A stretch of DNA of 25,718 nt from positions 1 to 25,718 of IMG/VR virus record IMGVR_UViG_3300035524_000106; one strand, 5' to 3'. The notes under the pieces are model-generated. The model searched no databases, was not told the DNA's origin, and worked only from the letters and a program-made list of their open reading frames with translations. The stretch comes from a virus. Lineage: Duplodnaviria; Caudoviricetes. Of this stretch, positions 12,198 to 23,742 are shown one piece after another. A program made the translations under genes and the position numbers. Each line of letters opens with the position of its first letter. Position 1 is the stretch's first letter.

Positions 12198-13886
12198 TTA
12201 TTCTTGTTCAAATATACATGAATAAATATCAATTAATGGAAATTGATTAAATCCTAATGAAATATTTCTAATTTTATTTTCATCTCAATTACTACTTACA
12301 TTTCTTGAAAATTGTGGATATAATACATCTTCATAATCATAAGGATTTATATATTCTCCATCACTTACTGAATAAAATTGAATGTCTCTTATTTCTAAAT
12401 TATTTATCCCTTTTATATTATTAAATAAATTCCCATTATTATCTATTTCAGTTGTATCTAATAAATATTTTTTTAATTCAACCAAATCAATTGTTTCATT
12501 AAATTTTCTATTTATTGTATTAAAATAATAAGATAATTTATTTTTAAGATCATTTTCGACAAGATTTCAATTATATAATCTTTTAATATTTACAGAGAAA
12601 TTGAAAGTAAAATAAATAAGTTCTGGTAAGACAAATTCCTCATAAGTAGTAATAATTTTATATGGTTCAATTCATTCCTTTAATGAATCAACATAATCTG
12701 TTGTGTAAGAAATAGGAAAATAAAGTGTTGTGCTATTTGGTGTTAAATGACTTGAAACAGTAATATTTGATCAAGTATTTACTTCTCCTGTAGGAATAAT
12801 AGAACAATAAACTTTATTATAATCTACTGTATTAGGAGTGGAATTTGCATCTTGTTCTCCTCATACAATAGCTTCTTGAACATTTGATTTTAATTTAAAA
12901 ATTGATCTATAATCTGTTTTATTTACTGTTCTATATTGAGCATTAAGTATATTTTTAGCAGAAATTTTTAATTCATCAATTGTTTCTTCATCTTTTCCAC
13001 CACTTGATGCACTTTCATTTGTTATAGAAACAATATTATCATCTGATAAAAATTGAAAATAATTTGTATCTTCTAATTCTGTAATTGTATTAGCTGAAAC
13101 ATTTCCATCATTTCCTAATGTTTTTATTAATCTAATTTCAATTTCATCTGTTTCAGAAGGAACAGATTTCAATCCAGAAAATTCAATAATATATTCTTTA
13201 TATTTATTATATTTAAATTGATATACGGTATTTACATTAGCATAAGGAGAAGAAGAATCAAAAAAAGAATTTATTCTTGTTCATTCATCGCCATTTACTG
13301 TTAAAATAATTGTATCATAAATATCATTTAAATTATCATCATATCCATAATCAACAAAAGGTAAGTAAAGAATATTATCAATAATATCTTCACCTGTAAA
13401 AGATAATTCTTGAATTTCACCTTGTTTTGCAAAAATATCAGTAATTGTATATGATCCTTCTTCTTCAACAGTAAAAGATTTATTATCTAATATAACATAA
13501 TAAATTTTATCTCCATCATCTGTTGTTTCTGTAGAAGAAACTTGTTTTCATTCATTTAAAGAATATATTCCTGGTGTTGCTGTAATTTCCATTGTTAATA
13601 AAGTATTAGCTCCAATAGAACCTTTTGGTGAATATCCAACAAAATTAGCTAATCTATTAGCATTTTCATACATATCAACAGAATCAAAATATAAATTTTT
13701 AGAAATTCTATTAAGATAATATGTATTTAATTCAGATAAATATGCAATCAATTCAATTAATACAGAAATATTACTTCCTTCAAAATTATAATCCTTAAAT
13801 GTTTCAGTTTCTTTTAATGAATTAATTACATTTTCTTTAAATGTATTGAAATCCAAATTTAAATAATCTGGCATTATATAAGTCAT
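12198..13886 (-). CDS. gp6: Baseplate wedge subunit, T4 gp6-like, 562 aa
   Basis: LDFNTFKENV...FKDYNFEGSNISVLIELIAY, GGKDEETIDELK...QYRTVNKTDY and AIVWGEQD (W=TGA). Three ORF fragments share one frame. TAA at 12198. Confidence 0.9.
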
Positions 13887-13898
13887 TTATTTTGTCTC

Positions 13899-14276
13899 CT
13901 AACTTCTTTTTAAAATTCATTTAAATTCTTTTAAATTTAATGGATCTGATGTAATATAATATTTAATTGTAATTTTATAAAAATTTGAATCATATTTTGG
14001 TATTACTTTAATTTGTTCTAATACTACTCTTGAATCTCAATATGTTAATGCATTAAATAACTCTTCTCCTATAGCATAAGCTGTAGTGTCATCTAAAGGA
14101 TCAAAAAGATATTGAAAAATATTACATCCAAAAGTAGGTAACATTCTTCTTTCACCTTGTATTGTAGTAAATATATTCAATAATGCATTATTAATGGCTT
14201 CTTCTTCAAAATTAATATTTACATCACCATCTCTTTTTGCATTTAAAGAAATATCAAGATCAGAATAAATTGGCAT
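13899..14276 (-). CDS. gp25: Baseplate wedge subunit, T4 gp25-like, 125 aa
   Basis: YSDLDISL...AINNALLNIFTTIQGERRMLPTFGC...LFDPLD...WDSRV (W=TGA, cf. WEPRV). Ends in TAG overlapping the next SD. Confidence 0.9.
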
Positions 14277-14292
14277 TTTAAAAATTTCCTTT

Positions 14293-14307
14293 ATTATTAT
14301 TTATATT
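14293..14307 (-). promoter_or_regulatory. T4-type late promoter upstream of gp25
   Basis: AATATAAATAATAAT on the minus strand, followed by SD AAAGGA. Confidence 0.7.
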
Positions 14308-14603
14308 TAATTTACAGATACAGTTGATGCGCCAGAAACTAATATTCCAGTAAAACAACCGGAAAAATTATCTCCTACTCTTGCAATAGGAGATCCTTCA
14401 CATACACTATCATTAGAACCCACTATTATTATTCCAGTATGTCCACAACTACTTAACACTATATCACCAATACGGGCAATATTTTGTCCTTCTACAGAGG
14501 ATATAGATGCACCTGTTACTATAACACCAGAAGTATTAATAGAACTATCATGACAATTACAAATTCCAACTCCAACATCTCCAATTCTACATATAGCTGG
14601 CAT
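14307..14603 (-). CDS. PAAR-repeat spike tip protein (gp5.4-like), 98 aa
   Basis: Three PAAR-like repeats (PAICRIGD, NIARIGD, PIARVGD) with Cys/His metal ligands. Directly after gp5. Confidence 0.9.
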   Translation of the reverse strand: MPAICRIGDVGVGICNCHDSSINTSGVIVTGASISSVEGQNIARIGDIVLSSCGHTGIIIVGSNDSVCEGSPIARVGDNFSGCFTGILVSGASTVSVN

Positions 14604-15649
14604 TAGTTTATTTGAACCTCACTTCCTGTCATTGTAATATTACCTCCTGAAGTAATAGTAGTATCACCAGAAGTATTAATAGTAGAATTTCCTCCTACTG
14701 TTATATTACAATTTCCATTAATATTAACATCTTGATTGCCTTCAATAGTAATTGATTGATTGCCAGAAATTAATCTTTCTTCATTTCCATCTATAGTAAT
14801 ATCTTTATTGCCATGAATTTGAACAGTTTCATTTTCAGTAATTTCTTCATTTAAATTAGCATTTAATTTAATATGTTTATCTTGTTCAATTGTTTCATAA
14901 GATTGTTCTTTTATATATTCATATTTTGATTTTTCAACTATTTCTTGTTTATTATAATTATTTCTAATAACAATATTTCCTAATTTATCAATTTCTATAT
15001 ATGTATTAGAAGGATGATATAAGTGAAATCTTTCATTGTTAGGTGTTGAATCAAATTCTAATGTTAATCCACCATGAAATTTTAATACAGAATTATGAGG
15101 ATAAACTCCATTATATGCTGATTCAAATTCATTTCAATTACCAGAAAATGCAATAGGAATTGAAGATTCTAAATTAGAATTTTTTGTATCTACAATAGTA
15201 TTTTCAGAAACATCTCTAGCTAATTTATGAACATCTGGTTCATTAATATAATTATCAGTTGGATAAATTTCATTAGGATCAGAAAATCCTGTTTTAGAAT
15301 TAGGTTTTTCTAAATATTTTCCAGAAATACATCCCAAATAACAAGGAGATAAAATATTTCCATTAAGAAAAAATATTATAACATGAGAACCATTTAAAGG
15401 AACATTTCAAAATCCATTACCAGAAATTGAACCTTCAATGTTATTATTAATAGGATTTGCTCAAGGAAGTTCTTCTGTTAATATTCCATCAATATCATAT
15501 TTAGTATTAATTTCAGTATGAACTCCAAAAATTCTTACTTTAACTCTATTTTGTTTTAATGGGTCATTATTATCTTCTACAACACCAATATAAAATCCAT
15601 TTAATTCTTCAGAATCAATTTGATAATCTTTAGCAAAATTTTTTATCAT
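14603..15649 (-). CDS. gp5: Baseplate central spike, T4 gp5-like (OB fold plus beta-helix, no lysozyme domain), 348 aa
   Basis: FYIGVVEDNNDPLKQNRVKVRIFGVH...LPWA (W=TGA), YPHNSV...EFDSTPNNERFHLYHPSNTYIEI and C-terminal 8-residue xIxGNxxx repeats. TAATG overlaps at both ends. Confidence 0.9.
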
Positions 15650-16908
15650 TAGATATTTTTCCTTGTTGCCCTAACTAAATTATAATCATCTGAATCATAA
15701 TAACCATTTTTAATACATAACATTTTTTGAACAAAAATAGGATTAGTTCCAGGATTAAAATAATGAGTAATTGATTTAATTAAGTATTTTCCAGATGAAT
15801 TTTTATTATAAAATTCTTTTTCATTATCTGAAGAAGGTCAATTTATATTAATCATTCCATCAGCATGTCTATTTTCATGTCCTTTTACATATATAGCTAA
15901 AACATTTTGATTATTATATCTTTTAATTCATTCATCTTGAAATACATTATTTAATCTTTTTTCAGATTCTATTCCTGTTAGCATTACTTTTGGATTATTA
16001 TTACTAATATCAGGAAATAATGAATATTTTCCTAATAATGTATAATTTTTTATATTATCAGCATATAATTTATTTTTAGAGATAAAATGTTTATTTTCAA
16101 AATTATAACCTTTTATTTTATTTCCTGATAATATAGGAAAATTAATAGTATCAATTGAATTTTGTTCTCAGTTTAATATTCTATTTAAATCATTTTCATA
16201 TTCAGAATTAAAGAAATAAGTACCATTATCTATTTCAGTTGTAGTCATTAATTTATTATTAGATAATAAAGTATCTAATGTAATAAAATTATATTGTTTA
16301 TTAGTAGTATTAGTATAAAAAAGATATCCTGGAATTTCATTTTCATTTGATGATCTTTTTAATAATCATTTTAAAGTTTTTCTAATATTTCAATAAGGTA
16401 TATAAAAAGTATCTATAATTTCTGTTTCAATTAAAGTTGAATCTTCTCAATTATTAAATTCAGTAATATTAAGAAATTTTTTACAAATATCTTTTATTAT
16501 GTCTGAATTTTTTGTGTTTTTTCAAGCATAAGAATATTCTTTAAATCCTAATGAAAAATAAAGATAATCAATAAAATGAAATTCTAAAAGTCTTTTAGAT
16601 TCTTGTTCACTTCCTTCTGTTATTTGTTCAATTACAGGAAATTTAGTAATATAAAAAGTATATTCTTTAACTTGATCATATCCATAAGAGATTTTAATTT
16701 TTTCATTTCCTGTAATTGGGCCAAATTCCATAATCCCAAAATCATCATAAAATGAAAGATATCCATGTTTACAAAATGAAAAAATATCTTCTATGAAATA
16801 ACATTCTTTAATTTTATCTGTTCCAATAGAAATTGCATCACCACTATTAAAAATAATTTCTACAGAAAATATTTGAGATTCCTCATCATTAAATTGTCTT
16901 CCAATCAT
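15649..16908 (-). CDS. Baseplate hub protein (gp27/Mu gp44/VgrG-like), 419 aa
   Basis: FIEDIFSFCKHGYLSFYDDFG...GPITGNEKIKI at the N-terminus and SGKYLIKSITHYF at the C-terminus. Lies between gp53 and gp5. Confidence 0.78.
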
Positions 16909-17285
16909 TATATTTCACCAATTATTTTAATATCTGCTAAAATTTGATATAAATAATTTGCTCTAATAATTTTAATTAAATCTCCTTCAGAAAGTTCTTC
17001 AAATGGATTATAAATATTATTAGCAATTCCAATAACTCATCACAAATATGGAGATTTATAATATTCTCAAGCAATATTTTCTAATCAATCTTTTTCTTTT
17101 ACTTCATAAATTTCATAATATGCAGTATCATTAATAATATCATTATTCAATATATAATTTCTAAATATATTTAAAAATTTTTCATTTGATTTATATATTG
17201 GGAATAAATTTAATAATGATGTATTAGATAATTTATTTCCAGTAACTTCTTTAAATGATTTATCTATTTTTTTTATATATTTCAT
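16908..17285 (-). CDS. gp53: Baseplate wedge subunit, T4 gp53-like (LysM-related), 125 aa
   Basis: YEVKEKDWLENIAWEYYKSPYLWWVIGIANNIYNPF, with the WW encoded by tandem TGA TGA (17037-17042). Confidence 0.85.
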
Positions 17286-17287
17286 TA

Positions 17288-18082
17288 TTATCTTCCAAAA
17301 TCTTCATTGTCTGTAGTGACAATTAATTTTTTTGATTGATCTTCATAATTAAAGTTTGTTCTATATAATGGATCTATTTCTCTAAATGTAAGAGTTAATT
17401 CGCATTTACATGGATAACCTGGAGAAATATTAGTTGCATATAAATAAGGAAATGAATAAGTTGGAGATACAGCTACTAATGCAGCATTTTCAATATTAAG
17501 TAAATCTACATAAGTATTTTCTCCAAAAACTGAATTAATAGAAAAAATATATGGAGGAACAACTTTATTATTTCATGATTGAATCATACTTGGACATGAA
17601 TATACTTCAAATTTTCTAACAATATCAAATACTTCTTTTTTTGGATCTTTATATGCAGCTAATTCAAAAGATAAATTAATTTCTCTTCTGTCAGAATCTG
17701 AATAAGTAATTGCAGTATCTTGTCTATGTCATCTTACTGGAGTGCTTTTTAAAGCAGCTACACCAGCCGCAGCACCTCCAGAAACTCCTGCTTTTAATCC
17801 TTTTCAAACAGTCCCTGCTTCTGCCATTGTTTTACTTACTTTTTCTCCGGTTTCTGCAATTCTTGAAGACATGTTTTCATATTCTCCTCAAGTATGCCCA
17901 AGATTAGTAGACAATTCTTTTGGTGCAATTAATTTAAATTTTTCATTAATAGAAGTTGCTCCAATTTTTGATCTACCATTAGCAGATTGACTATTTAATT
18001 CTTTAACAGTAAAATGAATCCATAAAGTTCTACTTGCTTCTATAAATGGATTATTTACTGAATTCATTTTTGTATCAGCCAT
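17288..18082 (-). CDS. Baseplate tail-tube cap, T4 gp48-like, 264 aa
   Basis: YSDSDRREINLSFELAAY...EVFDIVRKFEVYSCP, VVPPYIFSI and GYPCKCELTLTFREIDPL. Lies between the tape measure and gp53. Confidence 0.72.
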
Positions 18083-18085
18083 TAT

Positions 18086-19768
18086 TTATCATCCCGTAGC
18101 TTTATTAGTTACTAATACACCAAATGATTCAGATTCATCTGGTATTCTTTTTACTTCTTGTTTTTTCTGCGTTGTATTATTATTTATTATAGCTGTTTGG
18201 TTCTGAGCAACCTGTTCATTTCCTTTTTTAATTCCTTCTAATTGAGTATTAGTTTTATTTGCTGAACTAACAGAATTTTGTTTATATTCTCTATCATTTA
18301 CATTATTTGATTTAATACCATTATATTTTTTTGTTAATATTTCTTCTATTATTTTAACACTTGATACTATCTCTCCTAATAAACTATCATTATCTAATTT
18401 AATATCTTCACTGAGTTTTCCTTTAGTAGCTTTTTTAACATTTTCTTCTTCATCATTATCACTAAACCAATTCATTGGGTTTAATTTACTTGCTAATGAA
18501 GAAATCTTATTACCAACCCAATCCATAGCACTTTTAATATTATCTATTAATTTTCCAATTGCTTCACCAAAACTAAAATTAGAAAATCATTCTGTTAATT
18601 CAGAAAATTTATCACTAATTCATACAAATGGGGCTTTTATTGTATCTCATAAGAATCCATAATAAGATTTAATTCCTTCCCAAATTGTTGAAAAAATTGA
18701 TGTCTTGTCTTCACTAGAAAATCATTCTATTAATGATTTAAATGCTTTATACAATTGTTTAAATGGTCATAGAATTACATTGAGTGATTTATCAATAAAT
18801 CATTTTAATCCTTCAATTAATTTAGATCCAGTTCCACCTTCTATTTCAATACCAAACATTCCTAAAAATTTATCAGTTAATCAACCAATTAATTTTAATG
18901 GCATTTCTAAAAAACCAACTATTGCAGCAGAAATTCCAGCTTTAATTTTATCTATAATAGTTCCTTCTGTTCCCATAAATGCTGTAATAAAATCAAATAA
19001 TGCCATTATAGCTGTTAATGGTCATGCTAATTTACTAAATCCTTTCATAAAACCTTTAGCAAAACTTCCTAATATTTTTAATGAACCTATTACTTTAGAG
19101 AATATACTTGAAACTTTAGAAAACATTTTTGTTATTACCGTAAATTGTTTCCCAATTCAAGAAAAGATTTTAGCAACACCAGGAATTTTTTTAATAAACA
19201 CAATCATAGAAGAAGCTAAATTAAATATTCCTGAAAATATTGGTTTTACAATTTTTAATGCATTAAATAATACTTGAAATGGTTTTATTATATATCCAGT
19301 AATTCCTCCAACTATTAATCCTAATCCACCAGCAACCATTGCTAATATAGAAGTAATATCAAAAGATTTCTTTTTACCAATATTAGCAGCATAATCTTTT
19401 TTTTCTTTCTTTTTTAAAAATCCAAATATTTTTTGTAATCAAGTTGCACTTTCATCTTTTTTATCTTTTTTGAAAAATCCGACAATTTTACCAAAAGTTC
19501 CCATTAAAATATTAATACCTTGTTTTAAATAATCGTACAAAGGACCTAATACATAAGATAATGTTTCAGTAAATTGACCAACTACAAAATTAAAAGCTTC
19601 AGATAATTTTTCTTTTGCTGTATTAATAAAGCTTTTCATAAAAGAAACAGATTTAGAAAATACAGAACCAATTAAATTAGTAGAGTTTGCAATAAAACCT
19701 TTAATTGCTTCTGTTGATTGGGTTGTAGATTCTAATACAGCTTCAGATAATTGTTCTTTATTATTCAT
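18086..19768 (-). CDS. Tape measure protein (gp29 position), 560 aa
   Basis: SD GGAG then ATG 19768. Three ORF fragments share one frame. Amphipathic helical repeats with regularly spaced W/F, most W encoded by TGA. Ends GGA TGA TAA. Confidence 0.8.
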
Positions 19769-19786
19769 ATTATTTACTCCAAAATA

Positions 19787-19830
19787 AAAGAGTCTAAAGG
19801 TGTGTTTATATAACACTCTTTAGACTCTTT
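19787..19830 (-). terminator. Hairpin / probable terminator before the tape measure gene
   Basis: 13-bp arms AAAGAGTCTAAAG / CTTTAGACTCTTT with a T-rich tail on the minus strand. The loop contains ATATAAACA. Confidence 0.6.
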
Positions 19831-19864
19831 ATGAATCCTTTGAGAATTTCTCTTCTCAAGCGAG

Positions 19865-20047
19865 TTAAGTTGAATAAGATTCAGCTTCTTTTTTTAAATC
19901 TCTTATTATTAATGATATATATGCTTTTCTTTCAAAATCTGGTAATTCATTACTTTCAGATATTGATATATTAGCATGTTTACTTAATGAGTATTGCTCT
20001 TCTAATAAAGATGAAACAGAATCTTCAATACAGAAGAGCTTAATTAG
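19865..20047 (-). CDS. gp51-like hub-assembly/tail chaperone segment with no start codon, probably the -1 frameshift extension of the gp26-like gene
   Basis: LIKLFCIEDSVSSLLEEQYSLSKHANISISESNELPDFERKAYISLIIRDLKKEAE resembles the gp51-type SLxEIENMxPWERxIY motif. The frame has no ATG and opens at the T8 run. Confidence 0.7.
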   Translation of the reverse strand, partial: LIKLFCIEDSVSSLLEEQYSLSKHANISISESNELPDFERKAYISLIIRDLKKEAESYST

Positions 20048-20790
20048 AAAAAAAATTTATCAGGAGTAATTTTTTCTCTTTGACTAAATTCACAATGCGG
20101 GCATTGAATTAAATAATTAAAATCAACTCCAAATTTTCTTTCTTCAATTTCTGTTCTTACTTTATCATAAAAAATATCAACACCATTATCAATTAATTCA
20201 CATTTATCTTCAAAATCAATTTCTTCTATTCCATCTGGTGTTTTAATATTTACAATAGAATCAGCTAATCCATATAATCCATAATTTACCATTTTTTCTT
20301 TATCTGATAAATTTTTCATTTTTGAAATTTTATTAAATGAATTATTTAAATTTTCAACTTTTATATGATCAAATAATACAGAAATATATTCATTATAATC
20401 AATATATTCAAATGGAATATCATCTTTTTCTTTAATTGAAAATTTATTTAAATTAATTGTAATAACTGATTGAGATTTACATTTTGGACAAGTTAAATTA
20501 AATTGAAATGTTTCACCTTTAGATTTTTTTCTAATTTCTAATAATAGAAAAAATCTATCTTCTTGATATAAATCTTTTAATGAAAAACTTTCTGGTCATT
20601 CCACACATTCTGAAATTAATTCATTTAATGAATTTTCTAAAATAAAAGGATCTTCTTCATTTTCATGAATTAATAATTTTTTTAATTGTTTTGTTGTAAT
20701 TGGTTTAAATTTTATTTCTTGTTTAATTCCAGGTAAAAAACAAGAAAATTCATAAACAGATGCATTTAAATATTTTTTAAAATTAGACAT
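20044..20790 (-). CDS. gp26: Baseplate hub assembly chaperone, T4 gp26-like, 248 aa
   Basis: SD AGGAG, LPGIKQEIKFKPITTKQLKKLL, DRFFLLLEIRKKSKGE...CPKC, a second CPHC, and a C-terminal FFF. Confidence 0.85.
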
Positions 20791-20809
20791 TAACAAATTC
20801 TCCTAATAA

Positions 20810-21316
20810 TTAATTTTCAATTGTTCTCTGAAAACTAAAAGTACAATCTAAAGTAGCAACATCAGTTGAACCATAATCTAATGCAATTTCACCAACACTG
20901 GTTGGTCATGCTCCGACTAAAGTCATTGTTAAAATATCATCACCATTATTATCTAATAACACTAATGTTTGATCAGCAAAATAATCACTTGGCACCCCTG
21001 AAACATTAGTTGCAGGATCATGAATTAAATTCTGTCATGCTTTTAAATCTTTTCTTAATTGTGCTGCAGCATCTACTCTAAATGTACATGTTCAATCATC
21101 AAATGTTTGAACTGACCCAAATTTATAATTCATTCCCTGTCAAGGAGTTTCAACTGGTGTAATTGTTGATCCAGGTAATGAAGTACTTGAAACTAAATAA
21201 GCAGTTTTATCCATGCCAATAGAACTAACAGGATTATTAATATAAATATAGAATAAATATGGTCTATATCCTGCTTGAAAATTAGCTCGGAAATCATCTA
21301 TTGAAAATCCAGCCAT
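20810..21316 (-). CDS. gp19: Tail tube protein, T4 gp19-like, 168 aa
   Basis: SD GGAGG. Motifs STSLPGSTI, TFDDWTCTF, KAWQ and GAWPTSVGEIALDY. All four Trp are TGA, so the gene is missing from the ORF track. Confidence 0.93.
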
Positions 21317-21339
21317 TATTTTTAACCTCCAAAAATTAT

Positions 21340-21354
21340 ATTATTATTTATATT
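21340..21354 (-). promoter_or_regulatory. T4-type late promoter upstream of the tail tube gene
   Basis: AATATAAATAATAAT on the minus strand. Confidence 0.7.
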
Positions 21355-21387
21355 AGGAGAAATAATAAATTTATTATTTCTCCTAAT
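21352..21387. repeat. Perfect 36-bp palindrome between the sheath and tube genes
   Basis: ATTAGGAGAAATAATAAA followed directly by TTTATTATTTCTCCTAAT. Confidence 0.85.
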
Positions 21388-21392
21388 TTTTA

Positions 21393-23201
21393 TTATCCAG
21401 CAAGTTGTGTTGCAATTTCTTCTAAATTAGCCCCAGTTTTTGTAGCTGCAAATCGAAGAACAATATAACGAACTGATCTTGTGGGTTTAACGATAATATC
21501 TGTTCATAATTCACCACGATCAATTCTTTCACCTGTATTAATTGTTTCATCACAAACAACCTTGAATTCATAAATTCCTCTTCTTGCTTTTACATCTCTT
21601 AAAAAGGGTTCAATCATATTAATTAATTGTAATCTAGTAATTGCATCATTTTGTTCAAAAAGAAATCATTTTGAAGCTGCTGCAATTGCTTTTTCTAATA
21701 CTAAGAAAAGTCTTCTAACATTAATTGCATCAAAAGCAGAAGATTTAGCAAGTAAAGTTTTATCTCCTCAAATAACTTTTCCTTTTCCAGCCATAGAAAT
21801 AACAGGATTAATTCCATTACTAAAAAGAATATCTCTTTCACCTTTTTGAGGATTTCAAGCTAATCTACGTACATTAGTAAGAACTGTTCTATTTAATCCA
21901 GCTGGAGCAAATCATGGTTCTGTTTCCTCATCTGTTCTAGCATATAATCCAGCAGCATAACCAGAAAAAGGAACTCAACGATATTTATTAGAATATTTAT
22001 CAAAAACTTCAATTCAATTACCATAAAGAGCTGCATAAGAAGTGTTAGGATTAAATGTAGATCCACCTAAACCAGACCTTCATTGTCTAAGACTTTCTGC
22101 AATATTTGTTTGATTAATAACTTTTTCTTTAGGAACATCTAAAATAGCAAATGAATCTTTACGAGTAGTTTCGCAAATTTCAATTAATTTTAATTTAATA
22201 TTTTCAGATTTTCCACCATCAATAAATAAATTAACATCAATTTCTTCATTATTTGCATAAAGTTCATAAGCTTCTATAATATCTGAATCTGTAGCATTTC
22301 CTGTTCCATTTGATCCATCTTTTAAATATTCATAATATTTTGTTCCAATAGTAATTTCTTTATCAATATAAACATCATTAAGATCAATACGAATATAATT
22401 AGAATTTTGATTAATATAGTTTTCTGCAAATAAAGAAACACCATCATCAGAAATTGCATTTTCTTTAGTTGAAACATTATGAACTTCAACTGTTTGTCAT
22501 TCATTAGAATTTTGTGCTTGAGCTTGAACAATTAAAAGAAAAGAATAATTATCTACTAATCCTTCATCAACTTCATAAATAGCTTGATAAGTCATGGTTT
22601 CTTTTTCAGCAAGAGTTCCATCATTATAATCAGTAATTCATGTTGCTGCTGTAGCAGAAAGCTCTGGAGTAATTGTTTTCCCTTTTAATTCATCATAAAG
22701 AGGTTTATCAATAGCAATAACTCTAAGTTTATTTCCTCAAGCACCTCTTGATTCTGCAATTAAACTAAATGGATTTGAATCATCATAAATTAAATTATTT
22801 TCTGTAAATTCATCAGGATCACCAGTTTCTAAATTATCATAATTAAACGGGTCTTGACCAGATTCAACAATTCCTTGAAATGAATCAGCAGAAGTTGAAT
22901 AACCTGAAGTAGCTAAAGTTCCAGAAAATGTAGCATCTTCAGGAAGAACTCTAGTACAATAAAGTTTATTGCCATATTTTAAATAACCTATTCCTGAAAA
23001 AATATCTCTGTATGATTCTGTAGTTGGTTCACCAAAAGTACTAATTAAAGTATCTTCATCAGTTATTAATAATTTCTTTTTTTCTTGTCCTTTATAGGTG
23101 TCTCTAAGTGCAAGAACAGCAATACTAGTAGCTACTGCAGGTATTGTAGTACTAAGATCGATTTCTTGAACCGCCACCTGGGGAGAAAGATAGAATCCCA
23201 T
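21393..23201 (-). CDS. gp18: Tail sheath protein, T4 gp18-like, 602 aa
   Basis: LSPQVAVQEIDLS, GAWGNKLRV, YGNW, RWVP, EPWFAPAGLNR, IWGDKT, DAINVRRLF and FEQND. About 11 in-frame TGA, mostly at conserved Trp positions. Confidence 0.95.
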
Positions 23202-23235
23202 ATTATTTACTCCTTTAAAAATTTATTTTCTTTAT

Positions 23236-23250
23236 ATTATTATTTATATT
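23236..23250 (-). promoter_or_regulatory. T4-type late promoter upstream of the sheath gene
   Basis: AATATAAATAATAAT on the minus strand. Confidence 0.7.
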
Positions 23251-23256
23251 TATTAT

Positions 23257-23742
23257 TTATTCAAAATAATCATAATTTAATGTTACTGTTGATTCAAGAT
23301 AATTTTCACCTTCTCTTTTATTTAATGTAATGTCTCCTAAATCAGAAGGAAAAGTATTTTTAAATGTAATAGTTTTAAAAGCTTTATTATAATTATCTAA
23401 TAATAACAATGAGCAATCAATTAAAAAATCAGACTTTTTTGCTCACATGGTATCTTTATTATTATTAATATGTTTAATTCAATTTAAAATAGTAAATCAA
23501 TTTGAAAAATCTTCATTAACCATAAAATCAAAAGAAAATGGATTATAATTTAATGATCCTCATGTTTCATTAATTTTTTTACCAGCAAAATATGAATCTG
23601 AAATATCTAATGAAACACCTGGTAAAACAGTTGAATATATATTTAATGAAAATTGATTAATTTCTGTAATAGAAGAATTATTAGGTAATTTAGTAAAAAC
23701 AAGATTATATTTATTTGTACTTGCTTTATTAATATTTAACAT
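23257..23742 (-). CDS. gp3: Tail completion / tube terminator protein, T4 gp3-like, 161 aa
   Basis: STVLPGVSL, LNYNPFSFDFMVNEDFSNWFTILNWI, TFKNTFPSDLG and C-terminal YDYFE. Confidence 0.8.

Noticed and set aside
13899-13901. TAG recoding (code 15)
   Set aside because: TAG ends gp25 at its expected length, and no in-frame TAG was met in the genes read.
18705-19277. 190-aa plus-strand ORF, and the other + ORFs at 2569, 4078, 12034, 17710, 17742, 23085 and 24901
   Set aside because: They are antisense shadows of well-supported minus-strand genes and show no recognisable motifs.
2237-22531. Alternate-frame minus ORFs 2237..2470, 4303..4497, 6161..6346 and 22322..22531
   Set aside because: They are out-of-frame overlaps within real genes, with the typical L/I/M/K-rich shadow composition.
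12198-23201. Headless contractile injection system (eCIS, tailocin or T6SS)
   Set aside because: Head-tail neck proteins gp13 and gp14 and T4-type late promoters point to a true phage.
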